The notes beneath the pieces are model-generated. The model did no database searches. It was given only the letters and a program-made list of their open reading frames with translations, and was not told the origin of the DNA. 64,000 nucleotides of DNA, from NCBI GenBank assembly GCA_964247055.1, contig OZ176053.1, positions 13,516,001 through 13,580,000 on the forward strand. The letters run 5' to 3'. Below are positions 1 through 9,600 of this stretch, in pieces (within the stretch, counting starts at the first letter, position 1; every line of letters starts with the position of its first letter). Made by a program: the position numbers and the translations under genes. The stretch comes from Paragordius varius. Its lineage: Eukaryota > Animalia > Nematomorpha.

Positions 1-1555
1 GGAACTACCATAGGGCTACCCAAAAAAAATTATGGTGACATCACCTGATCAAATTTGGATTTTAGGTAGCCATTTTTATTTTTAAAATCGTATAAAATAA
101 ATTTTTTAAATATTTAAAAAATTCATAAAAATTACATTTATACTCCGATCTCGAAAATATTTGGGGTGATGATGGAACTACCATAGGGCTACCCAAAAAT
201 AATTATGGTGACATCACCTGATCAAATTTGGATTTTAGGTAGCCATTTTTATTTTTAAAATCGTATAAAATAAATTTTTTAAATATTTAAAAAATTCATA
301 AAAATTACATTTATAATCCGATCCCCAAAATATTTGGGGTGATGATGGAACTACCATAGGGCTAGCCAAAAAAAATTATGGTGACATCACCTGATCAAAT
401 TTCGATTTTAGGTAGCCATTTTTATTTTTAAAATCGTATAAAATAAATTTTTTAAATATTTAAATATTCATAAAAATTACATTTATACTCCGATCTCGAC
501 AATATTTGGGGTGATGATGGAACTACCATAGGGCTACTCAAAAAAAATTATGGTGACATCACCTGATCAAATTTGGATTTTAGGTAGCCATTTTTATTTT
601 TAAAATCGTATAAAATAAATTTTTTAAATATTTAAAAAATTCATAAAAATTACATTTATAGTCCAATCCCCAAAATATTTGGGGTGATGATGGAACTACC
701 ATAGGGCTACCCAAAAAAAATTATGGCGATATCACCTGATCAAATTTGGATTTTAGGTAGCCATTTTATTTTTAAAATCGTATAAAATAAATTTTTTAAA
801 TATTTAAAAAATTCATAAAAATTACATTTATACTCTGATCTCGAAAATATTTGGGGTGATGATGGAACTACCATAGGGCTACCCAAAATAATTATGGCGA
901 CATCACCTGATCAAATTTGGATTTTAGGTAGCCATTTTTATTTTTAAAATCGTATAAAATAAATTTTTTAAATATTTAAAAAATTCATAAAAATTACATT
1001 TATTGTCCGATCCTCCAAAATATTTGGGGTGATGATGGAACTACTATAGGGCTACCCAAAAAAAATTATGGCGACATCACCTGATCAAATTTGGATTTTA
1101 GGTAGCCATTTTTATTTTTAAAATCGTATAAAATAAATTTTTTAAATATTTAAAAAAATCATAAAAATTACATTTATACTTCGATCTCGAAAATATTTGG
1201 GGTGATGATGGAACTACCATAGGGCTACCCAAAAAAAATTATGGCGACATCACCTGATCAAATTTGGATTTTAGGTAGCCATTTTTATTTTTAAAATCGT
1301 ATAAAATAAATTTTTTAAATATTTAAAAAATTCATAAAAATTACATTTATAGTCCGATCCCCAAAATATTTGGGGTGATGATGGAACTACCATAGGGCTA
1401 CCCAAAAAAAATTATGGCGACATCACCTGATCAAATTTGGATTTTAGGTAGCCATTTTTATTTTTAAAATCGTATAAAATAAATTTTTTAAATATTTAAA
1501 AAATTCATAAAAATTACATTTATACTCCGATCTCGAAAATATTTGGGGTGATGAT
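1..1555. repeat. Satellite A 9-mer HOR (1555 bp), first copy in window
   Basis: Nine monomer types with diagnostic variants: t2 AAAAATAATT/ATAATCCGATCCCC; t3 CTAGCC, TTTCGATT, CTCGAC; t4 CTACTC, GTCCAATCCCC; t5 GCGATATC, CTCTGATC; t6 TTGTCCGATCCTCC; t7 ACTACTATA, CTTCGATC; t8 AGTCCGATCCCC. They recur in the same order from 2590. Confidence 0.95.
100..123. other. Perfect 24-bp AT-only palindrome in satellite A monomer (first example; present in most monomers)
   Basis: AATTTTTTAAATATTTAAAAAATT equals its own reverse complement. Confidence 0.95.
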
Positions 1556-2589
1556 GGAACTACCATAGGGCTACCCAAAAAAAATTATGGCGACATCACC
1601 TGATCAAATTTTGATTTTAGGTAGCCATTTTTTATTTTTAAAATCGTATAAAATAAATTTTTTAAATATTTAAAAAATTCATAAAAATTACATTTATACT
1701 CCGATCTCGAAAATATTTGGGGTGATGATGGAACTACTATAGGGCTACCCAAAAAAAATTTTGGCGACATCACCTGATCAAATTTGGATTTTAGGTAGCC
1801 ATTTTTATTTTTAAAATCGTATAAAATAAATTTTTTAAATATTTAAAAAATTCATAAAAATTACATTTATACTCCGATCTCGAAAATATTTGGGGTGATG
1901 ATGGAACTACCATAGGGCTACCCAAAAAAATTATGGTGACATCACCTGATCAAATTTGGATTTTAGGTAGCCATTTTTATTTTTAAAATCGTATAAAATA
2001 AATTTTTTAAATATTTAAAAAATTCATAAAAATTACATTTATACTCCGATCTCGAAAATATTTGGGGTGATGATGGAACTACTATAGGGCTACCCAAAAA
2101 AAATTTTGGCGACATCACCTGATCAAATTTGGATTTTAGGTAGCCATTTTTATTTTTAAAATCGTATAAAATAAATTTTTTAAATATTTAAAAAATTCAT
2201 AAAAATTACATTTATACTCCGATCTCGAAAATATTTGGGGTGATGATGGAACCATAGGGCTACCCAAAAAAATTATGGTGACATCACCTGATCAAATTTG
2301 GATTTTAGGTAGCCATTTTTATTTTTAAAATCGTATAAAATAAATTTTTTAAATATTTAAAAAATTCATAAAAATTACATTTATAGTCCGATCCCCAAAA
2401 TATTTGGGGTGATGATGGAACTACCATAGGGCTACCCAAAAAAAATTATGGCGACATCACCTGATCAAATTTGGATTTTAGGTAGCCATTTTTATTTTTA
2501 AAATCGTATAAAATAAATTTTTTAAATATTTAAAAAATTCATAAAAATTACATTTATACTCCGATCTCGAAAATATTTGGGGTGATGAT
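1556..2589. repeat. Six-monomer (1034-bp) interruption of the satellite A HOR
   Basis: Monomers start at 1556, 1730, 1903, 2075, 2248 and 2417. Those at 1730 and 2075 share ACTACTATA and TTTTGGCGAC. The one at 2248 has a 3-bp deletion (GGAACCATAG) and a t8-like end; the one at 2417 is t9-like. Confidence 0.9.
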
Positions 2590-5500
2590 GGAACTACCAT
2601 AGGGCTACCCAAAAAAAATTATGGTGACATCACCTGATCAAATTTGGATTTTAGGTAGCCATTTTTATTTTTAAAATCGTATAAAATAAATTTTTTAAAT
2701 ATTTAAAAAATTCATAAAAATTACATTTATACTCCGATCTCGAAAATATTTGGGGTGATGATGGAACTACCATAGGGCTACCCAAAAATAATTATGGTGA
2801 CATCACCTGATCAAATTTGGATTTTAGGTAGCCATTTTTATTTTTAAAATCGTATAAAATAAATTTTTTAAATATTTAAAAAATTCATAAAAATTACATT
2901 TATAATCCGATCCCCAAAATATTTGGGGTGATGATGGAACTACCATAGGGCTAGCCAAAAAAAATTATGGTGACATCACCTGATCAAATTTCGATTTTAG
3001 GTAGCCATTTTTATTTTTAAAATCGTATAAAATAAATTTTTTAAATATTTAAATATTCATAAAAATTACATTTATACTCCGATCTCGACAATATTTGGGG
3101 TGATGATGGAACTACCATAGGGCTACTCAAAAAAAATTATGGTGACATCACCTGATCAAATTTGGATTTTAGGTAGCCATTTTTATTTTTAAAATCGTAT
3201 AAAATAAATTTTTTAAATATTTAAAAAATTCATAAAAATTACATTTATAGTCCAATCCCCAAAATATTTGGGGTGATGATGGAACTACCATAGGGCTACC
3301 CAAAAAAAATTATGGCGATATCACCTGATCAAATTTGGATTTTAGGTAGCCATTTTATTTTTAAAATCGTATAAAATAAATTTTTTAAATATTTAAAAAA
3401 TTCATAAAAATTACATTTATACTCTGATCTCGAAAATATTTGGGGTGATGATGGAACTACCATAGGGCTACCCAAAATAATTATGGCGACATCACCTGAT
3501 CAAATTTGGATTTTAGGTAGCCATTTTTATTTTTAAAATCGTATAAAATAAATTTTTTAAATATTTAAAAAATTCATAAAAATTACATTTATTGTCCGAT
3601 CCTCCAAAATATTTGGGGTGATGATGGAACTACTATAGGGCTACCCAAAAAAAATTATGGCGACATCACCTGATCAAATTTGGATTTTAGGTAGCCATTT
3701 TTATTTTTAAAATCGTATAAAATAAATTTTTTAAATATTTAAAAAAATCATAAAAATTACATTTATACTTCGATCTCGAAAATATTTGGGGTGATGATGG
3801 AACTACCATAGGGCTACCCAAAAAAAATTATGGCGACATCACCTGATCAAATTTGGATTTTAGGTAGCCATTTTTATTTTTAAAATCGTATAAAATAAAT
3901 TTTTTAAATATTTAAAAAATTCATAAAAATTACATTTATAGTCCGATCCCCAAAATATTTGGGGTGATGATGGAACTACCATAGGGCTACCCAAAAAAAA
4001 TTATGGCGACATCACCTGATCAAATTTGGATTTTAGGTAGCCATTTTTATTTTTAAAATCGTATAAAATAAATTTTTTAAATATTTAAAAAATTCATAAA
4101 AATTACATTTATACTCCGATCTCGAAAATATTTGGGGTGATGATGGAACTACCATAGGGCTACCCAAAAAAAATTATGGTGACATCACCTGATCAAATTT
4201 GGATTTTAGGTAGCCATTTTTATTTTTAAAATCGTATAAAATAAATTTTTTAAATATTTAAAAAATTCATAAAAATTACATTTATACTCCGATCTCGAAA
4301 ATATTTGGGGTGATGATGGAACTACCATAGGGCTACCCAAAAATAATTATGGTGACATCACCTGATCAAATTTGGATTTTAGGTAGCCATTTTTATTTTT
4401 AAAATCGTATAAAATAAATTTTTTAAATATTTAAAAAATTCATAAAAATTACATTTATAATCCGATCCCCAAAATATTTGGGGTGATGATGGAACTACCA
4501 TAGGGCTAGCCAAAAAAAATTATGGTGACATCACCTGATCAAATTTCGATTTTAGGTAGCCATTTTTATTTTTAAAATCGTATAAAATAAATTTTTTAAA
4601 TATTTAAATATTCATAAAAATTACATTTATACTCCGATCTCGACAATATTTGGGGTGATGATGGAACTACCATAGGGCTACTCAAAAAAAATTATGGTGA
4701 CATCACCTGATCAAATTTGGATTTTAGGTAGCCATTTTTATTTTTAAAATCGTATAAAATAAATTTTTTAAATATTTAAAAAATTCATAAAAATTACATT
4801 TATAGTCCAATCCCCAAAATATTTGGGGTGATGATGGAACTACCATAGGGCTACCCAAAAAAAATTATGGCGATATCACCTGATCAAATTTGGATTTTAG
4901 GTAGCCATTTTATTTTTAAAATCGTATAAAATAAATTTTTTAAATATTTAAAAAATTCATAAAAATTACATTTATACTCTGATCTCGAAAATATTTGGGG
5001 TGATGATGGAACTACCATAGGGCTACCCAAAATAATTATGGCGACATCACCTGATCAAATTTGGATTTTAGGTAGCCATTTTTATTTTTAAAATCGTATA
5101 AAATAAATTTTTTAAATATTTAAAAAATTCATAAAAATTACATTTATTGTCCGATCCTCCAAAATATTTGGGGTGATGATGGAACTACTATAGGGCTACC
5201 CAAAAAAAATTATGGCGACATCACCTGATCAAATTTGGATTTTAGGTAGCCATTTTTATTTTTAAAATCGTATAAAATAAATTTTTTAAATATTTAAAAA
5301 AATCATAAAAATTACATTTATACTTCGATCTCGAAAATATTTGGGGTGATGATGGAACTACCATAGGGCTACCCAAAAAAAATTATGGCGACATCACCTG
5401 ATCAAATTTGGATTTTAGGTAGCCATTTTTATTTTTAAAATCGTATAAAATAAATTTTTTAAATATTTAAAAAATTCATAAAAATTACATTTATAGTCCG

Positions 5501-7254
5501 ATCCCCAAAATATTTGGGGTGATGATGGAACTACCATAGGGCTACCCAAAAAAAATTATGGCGACATCACCTGATCAAATTTGGATTTTAGGTAGCCATT
5601 TTTATTTTTAAAATCGTATAAAATAAATTTTTTAAATATTTAAAAAATTCATAAAAATTACATTTATACTCCGATCTCGAAAATATTTGGGGTGATGATG
5701 GAACTACCATAGGGCTACCCAAAAAAAATTATGGTGACATCACCTGATCAAATTTGGATTTTAGGTAGCCATTTTTATTTTTAAAATCGTATAAAATAAA
5801 TTTTTTAAATATTTAAAAAATTCATAAAAATTACATTTATACTCCGATCTCGAAAATATTTGGGGTGATGATGGAACTACCATAGGGCTACCCAAAAATA
5901 ATTATGGTGACATCACCTGATCAAATTTGGATTTTAGGTAGCCATTTTTATTTTTAAAATCGTATAAAATAAATTTTTTAAATATTTAAAAAATTCATAA
6001 AAATTACATTTATAATCCGATCCCCAAAATATTTGGGGTGATGATGGAACTACCATAGGGCTAGCCAAAAAAAATTATGGTGACATCACCTGATCAAATT
6101 TCGATTTTAGGTAGCCATTTTTATTTTTAAAATCGTATAAAATAAATTTTTTAAATATTTAAATATTCATAAAAATTACATTTATACTCCGATCTCGACA
6201 ATATTTGGGGTGATGATGGAACTACCATAGGGCTACTCAAAAAAAATTATGGTGACATCACCTGATCAAATTTGGATTTTAGGTAGCCATTTTTATTTTT
6301 AAAATCGTATAAAATAAATTTTTTAAATATTTAAAAAATTCATAAAAATTACATTTATAGTCCAATCCCCAAAATATTTGGGGTGATGATGGAACTACCA
6401 TAGGGCTACCCAAAAAAAATTATGGCGATATCACCTGATCAAATTTGGATTTTAGGTAGCCATTTTATTTTTAAAATCGTATAAAATAAATTTTTTAAAT
6501 ATTTAAAAAATTCATAAAAATTACATTTATACTCTGATCTCGAAAATATTTGGGGTGATGATGGAACTACCATAGGGCTACCCAAAATAATTATGGCGAC
6601 ATCACCTGATCAAATTTGGATTTTAGGTAGCCATTTTTATTTTTAAAATCGTATAAAATAAATTTTTTAAATATTTAAAAAATTCATAAAAATTACATTT
6701 ATTGTCCGATCCTCCAAAATATTTGGGGTGATGATGGAACTACTATAGGGCTACCCAAAAAAAATTATGGCGACATCACCTGATCAAATTTGGATTTTAG
6801 GTAGCCATTTTTATTTTTAAAATCGTATAAAATAAATTTTTTAAATATTTAAAAAAATCATAAAAATTACATTTATACTTCGATCTCGAAAATATTTGGG
6901 GTGATGATGGAACTACCATAGGGCTACCCAAAAAAAATTATGGCGACATCACCTGATCAAATTTGGATTTTAGGTAGCCATTTTTATTTTTAAAATCGTA
7001 TAAAATAAATTTTTTAAATATTTAAAAAATTCATAAAAATTACATTTATAGTCCGATCCCCAAAATATTTGGGGTGATGATGGAACTACCATAGGGCTAC
7101 CCAAAAAAAATTATGGCGACATCACCTGATCAAATTTGGATTTTAGGTAGCCATTTTTATTTTTAAAATCGTATAAAATAAATTTTTTAAATATTTAAAA
7201 AATTCATAAAAATTACATTTATACTCCGATCTCGAAAATATTTGGGGTGATGAT
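2590..7254. repeat. Three consecutive, apparently identical copies of the satellite A 9-mer HOR
   Basis: HOR starts at 2590, 4145 and 5700 (next at 7255), an exact 1555-bp period, with all diagnostic variants in register. Confidence 0.96.
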
Positions 7255-8911
7255 GGAACTACCATAGGGCTACCCAAAAAAAATTATGGTGACATCACCT
7301 GATCAAATTTGGATTTTAGGTAGCCATTTTTATTTTTAAAATCGTATAAAATAAATTTTTTAAATATTTAAAAAATTCATAAAAATTACATTTATACTCC
7401 GATCTCGAAAATATTTGGGGTGATGATGGAACTACCATAGGGCTACCCAAAAATAATTATGGTGACATCACCTGATCAAATTTGGATTTTAGGTAGCCAT
7501 TTTTATTTTTAAAATCGTATAAAATAAATTTTTTAAATATTTAAAAAATTCATAAAAATTACATTTATAATCCGATCCCCAAAATATTTGGGGTGATGAT
7601 GGAACTACCATAGGGCTAGCCAAAAAAAATTATGGTGACATCACCTGATCAAATTTCGATTTTAGGTAGCCATTTTTATTTTTAAAATCGTATAAAATAA
7701 ATTTTTTAAATATTTAAAAATTCATAAAAATTACATTTATACTCCGATCTCGACAATATTTGGGGTGATGATGGAACTACCATAGGGCTACTCAAAAAAA
7801 ATTATGGTGACATCACCTGATCAAATTTGGATTTTAGGTAGCCATTTTTATTTTTAAAATCGTATAAAATAAATTTTTTAAATATTTAAAAAATTCATAA
7901 AAATTACATTTATAGTCCAATCCCCAAAATATTTGGGGTGATGATGGAACTACCATAGGGCTACCCAAAAAAAATTATGGCGATATCACCTGATCAAATT
8001 TGGATTTTAGGTAGCCATTTTTATTTTTAAAATCGTATAAAATAAATTTTTTAAATATTTAAAAAATTCATAAAAATTACATTTATACTCTGATCTCGAA
8101 AATATTTGGGGTGATGATGGAACTACCATAGGGCTACCCAAAAAAATTATGGCGACATCACCTGATCAAATTTGGATTTTAGGTAGCCATTTTTATTTTT
8201 AAAATCGTATAAAATAAATTTTTTAAATATTTAAAAAATTCATAAAAATTACATTTATTGTCCGATCCTCCAAAATATTTGGGGTGATGATGGAACTACT
8301 ATAGGGCTACCCAAAAAAAATTATGGCGACATCACCTGATCAAATTTGGATTTTAGGTAGCCATTTTTATTTTTAAAATCGTATAAAATAAATTTTTTAA
8401 ATATTTAAAAAAATCATAAAAATTACATTTATACTTCGATCTCGAAAATATTTGGGGTGATGATGGAACTACCATAGGGCTACCCAAAAAAAATTATGGC
8501 GACATCACCTGATCAAATTTGGATTTTAGGTAGCCATTTTTATTTTTAAAATCGTATAAAATAAATATTTTAAATATTTACAAAATTCATAAAAATTACA
8601 TTTATACTCCGATCTCGAAAATATTTGGAGTGATGATGGAACTACCATAGGGCTACCCATAAAAATTATGGTGACATCACCTGATCAAATTTGGATTTTA
8701 GGTAGCCATTTTTATTTTTAAAATCGTATCAAATAAATTTTTTAAATATTTAAAAAATTCATAAAAATTACATTTATACTCCGATCCCCAAAATATTTGA
8801 GGTGATGATGGAACTACCATAGGGCTACCCAAAAAAAATTATGGTGACATCACCTGATCAAATTTGGATTTTAGGTAGCCATTTTTATTTTTAAAATCGT
8901 ATAAAATAAAT
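7255..8911. repeat. Degenerating edge of satellite A: partial HOR (types 1-7) followed by three diverged non-HOR monomers
   Basis: Types 3, 5 and 6 lack some diagnostic variants here (e.g. 5 T in CCATTTTTA at ~8005; CCCAAAAAAATT at ~8127). Monomers at 8465, 8638 and 8810 carry private changes (TTTACAAAA, TTTGGAGTG, CCCATAAAA, CGTATCAAA, TTTGAGGTG). Confidence 0.88.
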
Positions 8912-9138
8912 ACATCAAAATATAGAGATAGCTTGACAAACTCTTTCATATCCGATTTTTACAACGATACTTTATAAATTAATGTATAAAACTAGTCGTA
9001 TCAATAAGTCGCATCAATACTCAAGTTAAACTTTGTCCTAAATAATCGGATATTGGTCACCTGTGAACAAAATAATTTTTTATACATTCTCTTAGTAAGA
9101 CTACATCAAAATATAGAGATAGTTTGACAAACTCTTTC

Positions 9139-9231
9139 ATATCCGATTTTTACAACGATACTTTAAAAATTAATGTATAAAACTAGTCGCATCAATACTC
9201 AAGTTAAACTTTGTCCTTAAAAATCGGATAT
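9139..9231. other. 14-bp perfect inverted repeat within satellite B monomer (example; present in most monomers)
   Basis: ATATCCGATTTTTA (9139-9152) and TAAAAATCGGATAT (9218-9231) with a 65-bp spacer. Confidence 0.95.
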
Positions 9232-9590
9232 AGGTCACCGGTAAACAAAATAATTTTTTATACATTCTCTTAGCAAGACTACATCAATATATAGAGATAG
9301 TTTGACAAACTCTTTCATATCCGATTTTTACAACGATACTTTAAAAATTAATGTATAAAACTAGTCGCATTAATACTCAAGTTAAACTTTGTCCTTAATA
9401 ATCGAATATTTGACACCGGTGAACAAAATTATTTTTCATACATTCTCTTAGTAAGACTACATCAAAATATAGAGTTAGTTTGACAAACTCTTTCATATCC
9501 GATTTTTACAACGATACTTTAAAAATTAATGTGTTAAACTAGTGGCATCAATACTCAAGTTAAACTTTGTCCTTAAAAATCGGATATTGG

Positions 9591-9600
9591 TCACCGGTGA
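9591..9600. other. 10-bp palindrome TCACCGGTGA in satellite B monomer (example)
   Basis: Self-reverse-complementary. It contains AgeI ACCGGT and HpaII/MspI CCGG, and overlaps BstEII GGTCACC. Confidence 0.95.

Larger units (their letters stand above)
1..8911. repeat. Satellite A tandem array, ~173-bp monomer (51 full monomers + 102-bp truncated last monomer; runs off the window start)
   Basis: Head-to-tail repeats of GGAACTACCATAGGGCTACCCAAAAAAAATTATGGYGACATCACCTGATCAAATTTGGATTTTAGGTAGCC...TATTTGGGGTGATGAT. Monomer starts read at 1, 174, 347, 519, 692, 864, 1037, 1210, 1383, 1556 ... 8465, 8638, 8810. Lengths are 169-174 bp; monomer 1 has 45/173 G+C. Confidence 0.99.

Noticed and set aside
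80-94. Homology between satellites A and B (A TTTAAAATCGTATA vs B TTAAAAATCGGATA; shared TCCGAT and TCACC)
   Set aside because: The matches are short and A/T-rich in ~27% GC sequence, and I could not extend a colinear alignment on either strand. It would need a shuffle-calibrated alignment to revive.
1585-1773. 62-aa minus-strand ORF from the ORF track
   Set aside because: It lies wholly in satellite A and is about one monomer long, starting at GTG. It is open only because of two private changes: A-to-T at 1761 removes a TAA, and a sixth T at 1628-1633 shifts frame past another TAA. It has a low-complexity F/K/I/N composition and no recognisable domain.
9180-9250. Helitron 3' end (CTAG plus hairpin) as origin of satellite B
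   Set aside because: ACTAGT is ~48 bp from the TCACCGGTGA palindrome, not the ~10-12 nt expected, and there are no other Helitron hallmarks.
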